From positions 3,193 through 67,192 of the forward strand of contig JAUIEP010000006.1 in the NCBI GenBank assembly GCA_030428835.1: a DNA stretch of 64,000 nucleotides. Reading direction: 5' to 3'. The notes under the pieces were generated by a model, which was not told where the DNA came from, made no database searches, and saw nothing but the letters and a program-made list of their open reading frames with translations. Every line of letters starts with the position of its first letter. Position 1 is the stretch's first letter. This document shows positions 41,012-51,158 of this stretch, piece by piece. The position numbers and the translations under genes were made by a program. This DNA is from Gammaproteobacteria bacterium (lineage in GTDB: Bacteria; Pseudomonadota; Gammaproteobacteria; Pseudomonadales; Halieaceae).

Positions 41012-42169
41012 TCAGGATGCCCGTGGAGGGCGCCGGCCGCGCGCCGCCGCGATAGCGCGCCGCTCGACCCCGTACCAGGACAGGCTGGCGAACACGAGGC
41101 TGGCAGCGAGCATGGCGAGCGTCAACCAGAAGAAGGGATAGCCCTCGTAGTCGCGAAACAGGGCCGAGTCCAGCAGCCACCGCCCCGCCGGGTAGTGCCA
41201 CAGGTAGACGCCGTAGCTGACGGTGCCCAGGTAGAACACCGCGCGGTTGGCAAGCAGCGCGTCCAGCACGCGCCAGCCGAGCGCGCAGCCCAGCAGCAAC
41301 ACGAGCACACCCAGGCCGAACAGCGGTGTCCACAGGTAGTGTATGGCCGCGCCCTGCCAGTAGACCATGAACTGCGCCGCCATCCAGCTGCCCAGGGCGA
41401 AGAACAGCGGGGGCGCCAGCCACACCAGCGCCCCCACCACGCGGCGATAGGCGGCACTGGCGCGCAGCTCGACAAAGTAAACATGCAGCACCGCGCCGGC
41501 CATGCCCAATCCGAACGTGTCGAGCGACCCGGGCAACTGGTAGGACAACATCGGCGTGGGCCCAGCGCCACCGACCGAGCTGACCACGAAGTAACGCCAG
41601 GAGGCGCTCGCGATGAAGCAGAACCCGAGCAGCAGCCACAGGCGCCGCGGCGCCGCAAGCGCGGACAACACGGGCAGCACCAGGTAGAACGACAACTCTA
41701 TCGGCAGCGTCCACCAGACCCCGTTGACAAGGTACGGCGAGCCGACCCCGACGGGCGGCGGCACGAAGAGCATCAGCAGGTACTTGAGCAGTTCGTCCCA
41801 GCCGAACAACATCTCGCCGCCCAGGTACAGCCCGAGGAGCACAAGCAACGTGAGCTGCAGGTAGTAGGCCGGGAACACGCGCGCGATGCGCTTGCGCAGG
41901 TAGGCACCCAGCACAGGGCGCGCGCCCAGGCCCAGGTTGTACCGCGCGTAGGGCAAGGTGAGCAGGAAGCCCGACAGCACGAACAACACGTGCACGCCGG
42001 CCCACCCGATGGAAAAAAACACGTGTACCCGCAGATCGTCGCCCGGCAGCGGCAGGAGAATCTCCCGCGGCACGCTGTAGACCCACGCGTGGTAGACCAG
42101 CACCCAGAGCGCCGCGAGACCGCGCAGCCCCGTCAGGGCGGGGAGGCTGTGCGCCTCAGGGCGAGCCAT
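41012..42169 (-). CDS. Acyltransferase family 3 (OafA-like) membrane protein
   Basis: LTGLRGLAAL, GVHVLFVLSGF, RIARVFP, WWTLPIELSFY, GTVSYGVYLWH. Confidence 0.88.
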   Translation of the reverse strand: MARPEAHSLPALTGLRGLAALWVLVYHAWVYSVPREILLPLPGDDLRVHVFFSIGWAGVHVLFVLSGFLLTLPYARYNLGLGARPVLGAYLRKRIARVFPAYYLQLTLLVLLGLYLGGEMLFGWDELLKYLLMLFVPPPVGVGSPYLVNGVWWTLPIELSFYLVLPVLSALAAPRRLWLLLGFCFIASASWRYFVVSSVGGAGPTPMLSYQLPGSLDTFGLGMAGAVLHVYFVELRASAAYRRVVGALVWLAPPLFFALGSWMAAQFMVYWQGAAIHYLWTPLFGLGVLVLLLGCALGWRVLDALLANRAVFYLGTVSYGVYLWHYPAGRWLLDSALFRDYEGYPFFWLTLAMLAASLVFASLSWYGVERRAIAAARGRRPPRAS

Positions 42170-42211
42170 GAAAACCGCGCGTACCGCACCCGCTGCGCCG
42201 GCCGGCGCCGT

Positions 42212-42445
42212 TCATACCTTCTCCAGCACGTGGATGAAGACGCCGTCCCGCTCCTCGCTGCGCAGCAGGCGATGCCCCGACTGCTGCGCAAACACGGCGA
42301 AATCGCGCACCGAGCCCTGGTCGGTAGCCAGCACCGTCACCGACTGGCCGACCTGCATGCCGTTCAGCGCGCGCTTGGCCATGAGCAGGGGCATGGGGCA
42401 GTCCCGGCCGCGGGCGTCCACCTCGATGGGTTGGCTGTCAGTCAT
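42212..42445 (-). CDS. TusA/SirA family sulfurtransferase
   Basis: VDARGRDCPMPLL, ATDQGSVRDF; start moved to ATG 42445. Confidence 0.85.
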   Translation of the reverse strand: MTDSQPIEVDARGRDCPMPLLMAKRALNGMQVGQSVTVLATDQGSVRDFAVFAQQSGHRLLRSEERDGVFIHVLEKV

Positions 42446-42591
42446 GCTTGGGACCTGTACTGGCGGAGCGCCTGAGTATACGGGATGCCCCGGTCCAGCT
42501 GAACTTTCACCGTTGCTGCCTGCCAAACCCAAAAGCCGCGCCGCTTACAGTACAATGCGGCCTGTAGTCACCACTCTCTTGGAAGCCGATA

Positions 42592-44070
42592 GTGCCAGGG
42601 ACAAAAAGGCTCGCCGCGCCGACCCGCGCAGTCCTTCTCCTCCTCCTGTCCAGCCTCACGCTCGTCGCGAGCGCGTCGCGAGCGAACATGGAGGCGCTGA
42701 AGCTGCCCAATCTCGGCGAGGCCAGCACCAGCATGTTTTCGGCCGAGTACGAACACCAGCTCGGCCGCGCCTGGCTGAGCGTCTTCCGCAGTCGCGCTCC
42801 CACGGTGGAAGACCCCCTGCTGTTCGACTACCTGGAAAACCTCATTTACCAGCTCGTGACGCACAGCCAGCTCGAGGACCGCCGCATCGAACTTGTGGTC
42901 GTGGAAAACCCGACCATGAACGCCTTCGCGGTGCCCGGCGGCGTCATCGGCGTGCACAACGGCCTGTTACTGTGGGCGCAGACCGAGGACGAGCTCGCCA
43001 CCGTACTCGCCCACGAAATCGCCCACCTGAGCCAGCGCCACTTCTCCCGTGGCGTGGAATTCCAGCAGCGGCAGCAACCCCTCACCCTGGCGGCCATGCT
43101 GGCGAGCTTCGTCCTGCTGGCGACGGCCGGTGGCGACGCCGGCATGGCGGCCCTCTCCGCGACCCAGGCGGCGGCGCAACAGTCGGCGCTGCGCTACAGC
43201 CGCAGCAACGAACAGGAGGCCGACCGCATCGGCATGCAGACGCTGGTGGCCGCGGGCATGGATCCCCACGCCGCGCCGGCCATGTTCGAACGCATGCTCA
43301 AGGCCACGCGTTATTCGGGGAGCGAGAACGTGCCGGAGTTCCTGCGTTCCCACCCGCTGTCCGAGAATCGCATCGCCGATACCCGCAACCGCGCGCGGCA
43401 GTACCCGAAGGAAGACCGGCCACAGAGCCTGGCCTACCAGCTGATGCGCGCCCGCGTGAGTGTGTCCCTTGCCGGCACCCCGGAGGAAGCCGTGCAGCAG
43501 TTCCACGGCGAGCTCGACGGCACACCCCGCTCCCGCGACGCCGCCATGTATGGACTGGTGCTGGCCCTAACCGCCGCTGGCCGCGGCGACGAGGCGCGCG
43601 AGGAATTGCAACCGCTACTGAAAAAGGACCCGGATCGGCTCGAGTACATCCTGGCAGATGCCGAGATCGACATCGCGACCAACCGGGCCGCGGCAGCGGT
43701 GAAAAAACTGTCGGCGCAGCTCGCGGTCAACCCCGGGAACCAGCCGCTCACCATGGCCTATGCACGGGCGCTGATGAACAACCGGCAAGCACACATCGCC
43801 GAAGAGGTGCTGGTCGCGCAGAGCAAGAACCGGCCGCACGACCCCGGGCTGTGGTACCTGCTCGCCGAGGTGCAGGGGCTGTCGGGTAACATCGCCGGCC
43901 TGCACCAGTCCCGCGCGGAGTACTTCATTCTCCACGGCAACCTGGACGAGGCGAAGAAACAGCTCAGCTACGCCCGCAACCTGACCCGCGGCGACTACGT
44001 TGCCACGGCAACGATCAGCGAACGCCTGCGGGAGGTGGAGGAGTTACACCAGCGGATGGAAGAGTTGTAG
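42592..44070 (+). CDS. bepA: Periplasmic M48 metalloprotease with TPRs (BepA/YfgC)
   Basis: Signal peptide, LPNLG, NAFAVPGG, HEIAH, YSRSNEQEADRIG, FLRSHP, C-terminal TPRs. Confidence 0.9.
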   Translation: MPGTKRLAAPTRAVLLLLLSSLTLVASASRANMEALKLPNLGEASTSMFSAEYEHQLGRAWLSVFRSRAPTVEDPLLFDYLENLIYQLVTHSQLEDRRIELVVVENPTMNAFAVPGGVIGVHNGLLLWAQTEDELATVLAHEIAHLSQRHFSRGVEFQQRQQPLTLAAMLASFVLLATAGGDAGMAALSATQAAAQQSALRYSRSNEQEADRIGMQTLVAAGMDPHAAPAMFERMLKATRYSGSENVPEFLRSHPLSENRIADTRNRARQYPKEDRPQSLAYQLMRARVSVSLAGTPEEAVQQFHGELDGTPRSRDAAMYGLVLALTAAGRGDEAREELQPLLKKDPDRLEYILADAEIDIATNRAAAAVKKLSAQLAVNPGNQPLTMAYARALMNNRQAHIAEEVLVAQSKNRPHDPGLWYLLAEVQGLSGNIAGLHQSRAEYFILHGNLDEAKKQLSYARNLTRGDYVATATISERLREVEELHQRMEEL

Positions 44071-44097
44071 CGCGCCCGCGCCGCGCAGGGACCCTGT

Positions 44098-45171
44098 TCA
44101 GGCGTTGCCTTTCACAGTCATGCCGATCTCGGCGGCGAAGTCGAGCATGCGCTTCAGCGGCACCATCGCCTGCCTGCCCAGTTCCGGGTCCACGAAGATC
44201 TCGTTGTCACCGCGATCGAAGGTGGCCGCCAACGCCTCCAGGTCGTTCATTGCCATCCACGGGCAATTGGCGCAACTGCGGCAGGTGGCGCCCTCACCCG
44301 CCGTCGGCGCGATGATGAATTCCTTGCCGGGGGCCTGCTGCTGCAGTTGGTAGAAGATGCCCTGGTCGGTGGCAACGATGAACTGTTTGTTGTCCATCGT
44401 CTTGGCCGCGTCGATGATCTGCGTGGTAGAGCCCACGCGGTCGGCCAGTTCCAGCACCGCCTGCGGCGATTCCGGGTGCACCAGCACCGCCGCCCCGGGG
44501 TACACGCGCTTGAGGTCGGCAATGCCGCGGGCCTTGAACTCCTCGTGCACGATGCACGCGCCGTCCCACATGATGATGTCGGCGCCCGTTTCCCGCTTGA
44601 CGTAGTTGCCCAGGTGCTGGTCCGGCGCCCAGATGATCTTCTCGCCCTGCTCCGCCAGGTGTTCCGCCACGTCCAGCGCGATGCTGGACGTCACCACCCA
44701 GTCCGCCCGCGCCTTCACGGCGGCCGACGTGTTCGCGTACACCACGACCTTGCGGTCGGGATGCTCATCGCAAAAAGCGGAGAACTCCTCGATCGGGCAG
44801 CCCACGTCCAGCGAGCACGTGGCCTCCAGCGTGGGCATCAGCACGCGCTTTTCCGGGGTGAGGATCTTGGCAGTCTCGCCCATGAACTTGACGCCCGCGA
44901 CGATCAGCGTCTGCGCCGGGTGGTCGTGGCCGAAGCGGGCCATCTGGAGTGAATCCGACACACAGCCGCCGGTCTCTTCCGCCAGCGCCTGGATAGCGGG
45001 CGCCGTGTAGTAGTGCGCCACGATGACGGCGTTCTCTTTTACGAGACGCGCCTTGATCTCATCCTTCAGCGCTTCTTCCTGGGCGGGACTGAGCTTCTTC
45101 TGCTCGGCGTGATCCAGGTGGTACTGCACCTGTTCGCGAATGATTTCCAGCTTGTCGGTTGCCAGGCTCAT
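44098..45171 (-). CDS. nadA: Quinolinate synthase A
   Basis: [47 protein letters not shown]. Start moved to ATG 45171. Confidence 0.95.
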   Translation of the reverse strand: MSLATDKLEIIREQVQYHLDHAEQKKLSPAQEEALKDEIKARLVKENAVIVAHYYTAPAIQALAEETGGCVSDSLQMARFGHDHPAQTLIVAGVKFMGETAKILTPEKRVLMPTLEATCSLDVGCPIEEFSAFCDEHPDRKVVVYANTSAAVKARADWVVTSSIALDVAEHLAEQGEKIIWAPDQHLGNYVKRETGADIIMWDGACIVHEEFKARGIADLKRVYPGAAVLVHPESPQAVLELADRVGSTTQIIDAAKTMDNKQFIVATDQGIFYQLQQQAPGKEFIIAPTAGEGATCRSCANCPWMAMNDLEALAATFDRGDNEIFVDPELGRQAMVPLKRMLDFAAEIGMTVKGNA

Positions 45172-45296
45172 AACAGCGGGTCGGGCAAAAAGGGACGGCA
45201 AATATAGCACACATTGGCAGGCCCGGAATTCTCGATTATCTTAGGCGACGGTGGGCTACGACCTCGAGGCGGGCCTGGAAAGAGCGGGGAAAAACC

Positions 45297-45788
45297 ATGG
45301 TGCAGTACGACTACGTAAAGACGCGGCGCGAGGATGTGCAGCCGATACCGGAGAAGTCCATCCCGTTCGCGCGGTTCATCATGCGCTGGGCGACCAAACT
45401 GAACGTTGCGGCGTTTCGCGCCACCAAAGGCCGCATGATGAACAGGTTCATCGGCGGTTATCCCGTGTGCATCGTCACCACGAAGGGCGCCAGGACCGGC
45501 AAGACCCGCCGCATCGCGCTCATTCACCTGCCGCACGGCGACAACAAGCTGCTGGTCGCCTCGCAGGGCGGCATGCCGAAGAACCCGGTGTGGTATTACA
45601 ACATCAAGGCGCACCCCGACGTGCAGATCATGGTGGATGGGCAGGAGAAGGCTTACCGGGCGCGGCAGGTGAGCGACGAAGAGAAGGCCGCGCTCTGGCC
45701 GCACCTGGTATCACTGTACCCGGACTTCGACGAGTACCAGGCGCGCACGGACCGCAATATACCCGTGTTCAGCTGCGAGCCGGTTTAG
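45297..45788 (+). CDS. Deazaflavin (F420)-dependent nitroreductase/quinone reductase, DDN family
   Basis: TTKGARTGK.R, VASQGGMPKNPVWYYNIKAHP, YQARTDRNIPV. Confidence 0.85.
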   Translation: MVQYDYVKTRREDVQPIPEKSIPFARFIMRWATKLNVAAFRATKGRMMNRFIGGYPVCIVTTKGARTGKTRRIALIHLPHGDNKLLVASQGGMPKNPVWYYNIKAHPDVQIMVDGQEKAYRARQVSDEEKAALWPHLVSLYPDFDEYQARTDRNIPVFSCEPV

Positions 45789-47794
45789 TCCGCACTACGC
45801 CCCGCGGTCCCCGGGCTGTACCAGATCGGCGAACTCCACGCCCTTTCCTGTATCACGGGGTCGAACAGCGTGTCCGCACAGTCCGCGGGGCGCTCCGCCC
45901 TCGGCATCTCGAGACACTGGCGCGCCGAGTACCGGCAGGTAGGGTTTTCCACCGCGCGCAGGTAGTACACGGCGGCAACCGACGCATCGAAGTCGGGGTC
46001 CGTCCACACACTGCACAACTGGTCGAAACCCGCACCGCGCGGCGCGCAGGTTGCCGGGTCAACACCTGCGCCGTTACCCGCCTGGCCGGCCACGTCGAAC
46101 ACGCGCTGGTGATGGTTGCCCTGTGCATCGGCCCAGCCCTTGATCACCTGCAGGCGCTGCAAAGGAGCGCCGGGAAAGTCCGCCGTGCCCGCGTCCGCCG
46201 TGGCCGCCACCAGGAACGCCGGCGCGGCGTCACCGGGCGCCGGCGGCAGGTCGGCGCCCATGGGCACACCGGCGGCGTAAGCAGCCTGCAGCATGTCCGC
46301 CCGCCCGCACAGGTCCGCGGCCAGCTCCCAGCCGCCGAAGAACCGCGGTTGGATACGCGGTCCGCTGGTGCCGAACACCTCGCGGCGCTGCAGGGCGTCG
46401 AAGATCGCGTCGCGCGAATTCTCCTGCGCCCACACGCCGATCAGGCCGCCGGGATTGTTCGAGGCATTGCCCGCGAACTCGGAAGTGAATTGCACGCGCT
46501 GCTCCGGCCGCTCGTCGCCAATGCCGAGGTGCCCGGGGAAGTTCGCCTCCTGCACGCCCCCACCCATGGCATTGTGTGTGTCGGTGCTGGCCATGAGACC
46601 GAACTTGAAGGGATTGGCGCCGAGTTTCCGCTCTTCCACCAGGCCCTGCACCAGGGCGTGGCGGATGTAGCTCTTGCGGTCCAGGCAGTCGGGACCGAGG
46701 TGCGGCACCCAGTCTGCGAACGGTCCGGCGTAGCAGGGGCCAGGGGCTTCGACCGCGTCGCCCGAACGGCGGAACGCCTGGTTCTCAAACTTTTCGAAAT
46801 CGCAGAGCTCGTCCACCGCGCCCAGCACGCCCGGAAGGCCGTTGCGGCATTCCGAGTCGCCCTTGTGCTGCATGATCTCGACGACAGGCTCCATCCGCGC
46901 CCGCAACCGCGCGCGCTCCGCCTTCGCTTCCCTGCTGCCCGCGCCCGGATAGTCGACCGCGAACATGCGCCCGTTGCTGATGTTCGAGTTATGCGGGATG
47001 GCCAGCACGTCGCAACCGGTGGCGGAATCGATGCACTGTTCCTGCAGCACGCGCCACAGGTCCCACTCGCGGTGAATATCGATATACGACGGCGGTCGCT
47101 GCACGACGGCGGTATTGCGAAAAATGACATTGCGGTGCAGGTTCGAGCCCATGCGGTAGGAGCTGTACTCGTACGCGATAAACGTGGTGCGCTCACACGC
47201 CGGCGTCGCGTCCTGCCAGCGCTGCGCGGCTTCGATGTTGCGCCGCCAGGTGGCCTGTGCGCGCCGCGCGCAATCCTCGCCGTTCGTGCCACAGACCTCC
47301 TCCGTGCGCGCGGAAACGGGCGACATGATCTGCAGCACCAGCGCGGGCGCCCTGCCCTCGCCGCTGCGCATGACCGCACAGAAACGTGAGTCGTAACCCG
47401 CCGCCTGCTCGTCAAAACACACGGACTGCTCGCCCAGGAATTCGGCGTGGTCGGTCACCGCAGCAAAATCGAGCGGCCGGTCGATGGTTGCGGTGCGCGC
47501 CTCGAAATCATCGCCCAGGGGCAGCTTGAGGGAACCGCCGAAGGCGTATCGATAGGCGTCGTCCGGCCCCATGCGCAGGCCGAAATTCCACGCGTCGTTG
47601 GACAACGCGGTGTGGATGTGAAGGTCGCCGAACAGCGCCTGCCGTTCCGGTACCGAGTGACTGCAGGGCGCGGGCCGGGGCCCGCCGAAATCGCGTGCGG
47701 CCCAGGCCGATTCGGGTGGCGGTTCCAGGCGGTCGCACGCGGCAAGGGCCATCGCCAGGGCGAGCGCCGCGCCGCCGAATCTCCGTCCACGCAT
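45785..47794 (-). CDS. DUF3604-family predicted lipoprotein (PHP-like metal-binding fold)
   Basis: LAAC lipobox, FGDLHIHT, AVTDHAE, NLHRNVIF, IPHNSN, VEIMQHKGDSE, STDTH, ERAWSSPIW. Start moved to ATG 47794. Confidence 0.8.
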   Translation of the reverse strand: MRGRRFGGAALALAMALAACDRLEPPPESAWAARDFGGPRPAPCSHSVPERQALFGDLHIHTALSNDAWNFGLRMGPDDAYRYAFGGSLKLPLGDDFEARTATIDRPLDFAAVTDHAEFLGEQSVCFDEQAAGYDSRFCAVMRSGEGRAPALVLQIMSPVSARTEEVCGTNGEDCARRAQATWRRNIEAAQRWQDATPACERTTFIAYEYSSYRMGSNLHRNVIFRNTAVVQRPPSYIDIHREWDLWRVLQEQCIDSATGCDVLAIPHNSNISNGRMFAVDYPGAGSREAKAERARLRARMEPVVEIMQHKGDSECRNGLPGVLGAVDELCDFEKFENQAFRRSGDAVEAPGPCYAGPFADWVPHLGPDCLDRKSYIRHALVQGLVEERKLGANPFKFGLMASTDTHNAMGGGVQEANFPGHLGIGDERPEQRVQFTSEFAGNASNNPGGLIGVWAQENSRDAIFDALQRREVFGTSGPRIQPRFFGGWELAADLCGRADMLQAAYAAGVPMGADLPPAPGDAAPAFLVAATADAGTADFPGAPLQRLQVIKGWADAQGNHHQRVFDVAGQAGNGAGVDPATCAPRGAGFDQLCSVWTDPDFDASVAAVYYLRAVENPTCRYSARQCLEMPRAERPADCADTLFDPVIQERAWSSPIWYSPGTAGRSAD

Positions 47795-47961
47795 GAAGAT
47801 CACCTCGTCTTCGGGCCCACGCCACATCAGCGGCCAGACTACCGATGCGGCCGGCCCGCACAATGATGCCGAGGGCCACTATCGGGTAACGTCTTTGCGC
47901 ACGCGCGCGCCGTGTAGACCCTATTCCCCGCCCCGGTTTGGTATTTTTCGATAAACATTTA

Positions 47962-47976
47962 CTAGAAATTTTCTAG
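47962..47976. promoter_or_regulatory. Palindrome CTAGAAA-T-TTTCTAG in the AT-rich divergent intergenic region; possible operator
   Basis: Read directly; function inferred. Confidence 0.25.
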
Positions 47977-48103
47977 GTTATCTCGTATAAATCCCTGTAA
48001 TCAAAAGAATAAGTGTGTAACGTTTTTCAGGCCCCCAGGCCGCCAAGCACACGATTGCGCCACAGGCGCCCGCAGGCAACGGTCGCAACATCAGGGACAT
48101 TTG

Positions 48104-49810
48104 GTGGAAAAACAAACAATTCTGATCATTTCCGAGGAGCAGACGGACCACCTGATCCTCGCCGCCAGTCTCGAACGCGCCCGCCCACAGCGTTTCCAGA
48201 TGGCGACCGCGGAGTCGATGGAACGCCCCCTCGACGCACTGCTCGATCCCGCAATCGACGTCGTGATCATGGCCCATGGCCCACAGACCGAGTACCTGTT
48301 GCGCCTCGCCGCCAAGAACGAGGCCGCTGCGCCCATCATCGTGCTGCTGGATGAGGCGAACGACCAGACAGGGAAGCAGTTGCGTGACCTCGGCGCACAG
48401 GACTACCTCGTGCGCGGCCAGTTCCAGGACGCCCTGCTGCACCGCATCCTCGACTACAACGCGCAGCTCAAGCGCGCCCGGGAAAAAATCCAGCAACTGT
48501 CCAACCGTGACCCACTGACCGGTGCGCTGAACCGCGTCGGCTTCCGCGCGCACCTGGAACGCGCGATGGGCCGCTCCGCGCGCTACGGGTTCAACACCGC
48601 GTTGCTGTATATCAACATCGACCAGTTCGCCAACGTCAACGATCACTACGGCGAAGCGGACGGCGACGTGATGATCAAGTCCATCTCGCGGCGGCTGATC
48701 AACAAGATGCGCAGTACCGACAGCATCGCCCGCCTCGGTGGCGACGAGTTCGCCGTCGTGCTGGAGGATGTCAATTCCGCCCAGGACGTGGAGCAGATCG
48801 CCGAGAAAATGCTCAAGTCGATCGCCGCCCCGATGATCCTCTCCGACCAGCAGGTCGCCGTGGAGGCCAGTATCGGCGCCGCGATCTACCCGGAGGACGG
48901 CAAGGAGTTCGCCGACCTCGTGGAGCACGCACGCTCGGCGATGCAACAGGCCAAGACGATCCAGGGCGGCCAGTTCATCCGCTACTCCGAAAAGCTGACC
49001 TTCGACATCGCCGGCGGTAATTCACTCGCCGCCGAACTGCGTACCGCGGTGCGCAAAAACCAGTTCGAACTGCACTACCAGCCGCGCATCGACCTCGGCA
49101 CCGGCCACCTTGTGGGCCTGGAAGCACTGCTGCGCTGGAACCATCCCGAGAGGGGCCTGGTGGCACCGGGCGAGTTCCTGGTGGCCTGCGAGGACATGGG
49201 GCTGATGAAGACCATCGGCTACCAGGTCATCCAGCACGCCTGTAACGCACAGGTGTGGCTGGAAGAACAGAAGCTGCAGGGCGTGGACGTCGCCGTGAAC
49301 ATCTCCTTCTCGCAGATCCAGGACGACCGCTTCGTGGAAATCGTGAAGGACATCGTCCAGCGCAGCGGCGCCGACGCCTCGCGCCTGGAGTTCGAGCTCA
49401 CCGAGTCGACGATCCTGAAAAGCCCCGCCGGCATCAAGGCCCGGATGGACGAGCTGCGCGAAACCGGCATCTCGTTTTCACTGGATGACTTCGGTACCGG
49501 TTTCTCGCAGCTCACGCACCTCACGGAACTGCCGATATCGGCGCTCAAGATCGATGCTGTGTTTGTGCGTGACCTGACCAGCAACGAACACCAGGAAACG
49601 GTCTGCTGCATGATGATCGAGATGGGTCGACGCCTCGGGATGACCGTGATCGCGGAGGGCGCCGAAACGCACGAGCAGATCCAGTTCCTGCGTGAGAACA
49701 ACTGCCACCAGGTGCAGGGCTACTACTACAGCCCCGCCATTCCCCTCCAGCAGCTGCCCCGTTTCGTGCAGGACCTGCGCCACAAGCGGCAGGGCAAGCT
49801 GCTCTCCTGA
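48104..49810 (+). CDS. Pseudo-receiver-GGDEF-EAL protein
   Basis: REC-like N-terminus without the phospho-Asp; RSTD...RLGGDEF; LEALLRW; SLDDFGTG; AEGAE. Confidence 0.88.
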   Translation: MEKQTILIISEEQTDHLILAASLERARPQRFQMATAESMERPLDALLDPAIDVVIMAHGPQTEYLLRLAAKNEAAAPIIVLLDEANDQTGKQLRDLGAQDYLVRGQFQDALLHRILDYNAQLKRAREKIQQLSNRDPLTGALNRVGFRAHLERAMGRSARYGFNTALLYINIDQFANVNDHYGEADGDVMIKSISRRLINKMRSTDSIARLGGDEFAVVLEDVNSAQDVEQIAEKMLKSIAAPMILSDQQVAVEASIGAAIYPEDGKEFADLVEHARSAMQQAKTIQGGQFIRYSEKLTFDIAGGNSLAAELRTAVRKNQFELHYQPRIDLGTGHLVGLEALLRWNHPERGLVAPGEFLVACEDMGLMKTIGYQVIQHACNAQVWLEEQKLQGVDVAVNISFSQIQDDRFVEIVKDIVQRSGADASRLEFELTESTILKSPAGIKARMDELRETGISFSLDDFGTGFSQLTHLTELPISALKIDAVFVRDLTSNEHQETVCCMMIEMGRRLGMTVIAEGAETHEQIQFLRENNCHQVQGYYYSPAIPLQQLPRFVQDLRHKRQGKLLS

Positions 49811-49822
49811 CACCGCGCCAAT

Positions 49823-51097
49823 TTACGCATGGGCCACGCGATTGCGGCCCGCCTTCTTTGCCCTGTAGAGCTGCTGGTCCGCCGCGGCGATGACCGCCTC
49901 GGCATCGGGCGCGCCGGGGCCGCGCCCTGCGAGTCCCGCACTCACGGTGACCGACACCTGGTCGGTTCGCAGCCGCGTGGCACCCCGGCGCTTGCTGCCC
50001 TCCCTCGCCCTGGCGGGACGCAGCGTCCTGTCGCGCAGCGACATGCGATAGTCGGCGATCTCCTTGCGCACAGCCTCCAGGGCCGGCACACAGTCGCCCA
50101 CCTCGCGCCGCGGGAACACAATACAGAATTCCTCCCCACCGTAGCGGTAGGCGGTACCACCGGCGCCGACACGGCGTATGCGCGAGGCGACCAACCGGAG
50201 CACCTCGTCACCCACGTCATGGCCGTAGGTGTCGTTGAATTTCTTGAAATGATCGACGTCCAGCATGGCGATCGCGTATTGCCGGCCCAGCATCTTCAGC
50301 CGTTCGTTGAGCGCTCGACGCCCGGGCAGGCCCGTGAGGTCGTCCTTGTAGGCCATGGCGTGGGAGCTGCGCAGCAGCCCCCAAAGCAGGCACAACCCCG
50401 CCGCGCTGCACATGACCACCGACATGTTGTCCAGGTGGAGAAATGCGAGCGTGAGATACAGCGCAAAGAACGGCCCCAGGATAGCCACCTCCACCTCGTC
50501 GTCGCGCAGGCACAACAGCACCAGGCCAACGACCGCAACCAGCGACACCAGCAGGGTGGCGCCGCGCGACATGACATAGCCCTCCACCGGCCGCGGCGTG
50601 TAGTAGTCGAACGCCACCTGGTTGACCTCGGGCAGCCACGGACCCAACTGCACGCAGATCAGCGCCAGCATGATAAACGCGAGGGAACAGACAAAGCCGT
50701 AGAAGTTCCAGATCCCGCGCTCGGGTAGCAACAGTAGGTAGAAACACAACACGGGCAACGCGAGGCTCACGGCGAGGTAGGCGTACCACGCGGCAGGATC
50801 GGACAGGCTCACCTGCAGGTGCGTGCGCACAACCCAGTAGAAAGCGCCCACGGCGAACGCGGCAAGCATCAGGCGGCAGCGATTGAACTGGTACGCCATG
50901 AGCACGGCGATGAAGCAGAAGAGGTAGGGCAGATTGTCGATGAGCACCGTGAACTCTGGCCCGAGGGTTGCCGCGCGAGCGCGACTGAAATACGCCGCCA
51001 CGATGAGCGCGAGCGGCACGGACAACTTCAGCAATGCGGTCGGATACCAGAGCATCGCGCGGTAGCATTCTCCCCTGAAAAATGCCGGAATATTCAC
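49823..51097 (-). CDS. Membrane-bound diguanylate cyclase (GGEEF)
   Basis: Multiple TM segments; DDLTGL, MLDVDHFKKFNDTYGH, RYGGEEF; no RxxD I-site. Start may be ATG 51055. Confidence 0.9.
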   Translation of the reverse strand: MNIPAFFRGECYRAMLWYPTALLKLSVPLALIVAAYFSRARAATLGPEFTVLIDNLPYLFCFIAVLMAYQFNRCRLMLAAFAVGAFYWVVRTHLQVSLSDPAAWYAYLAVSLALPVLCFYLLLLPERGIWNFYGFVCSLAFIMLALICVQLGPWLPEVNQVAFDYYTPRPVEGYVMSRGATLLVSLVAVVGLVLLCLRDDEVEVAILGPFFALYLTLAFLHLDNMSVVMCSAAGLCLLWGLLRSSHAMAYKDDLTGLPGRRALNERLKMLGRQYAIAMLDVDHFKKFNDTYGHDVGDEVLRLVASRIRRVGAGGTAYRYGGEEFCIVFPRREVGDCVPALEAVRKEIADYRMSLRDRTLRPARAREGSKRRGATRLRTDQVSVTVSAGLAGRGPGAPDAEAVIAAADQQLYRAKKAGRNRVAHA

Positions 51098-51158
51098 GCT
51101 CCGGGCTGCGCCTGTGCGGTTGAAAGGTCTTATTTTGACTAGGCGCGAGGTCGCAGTA

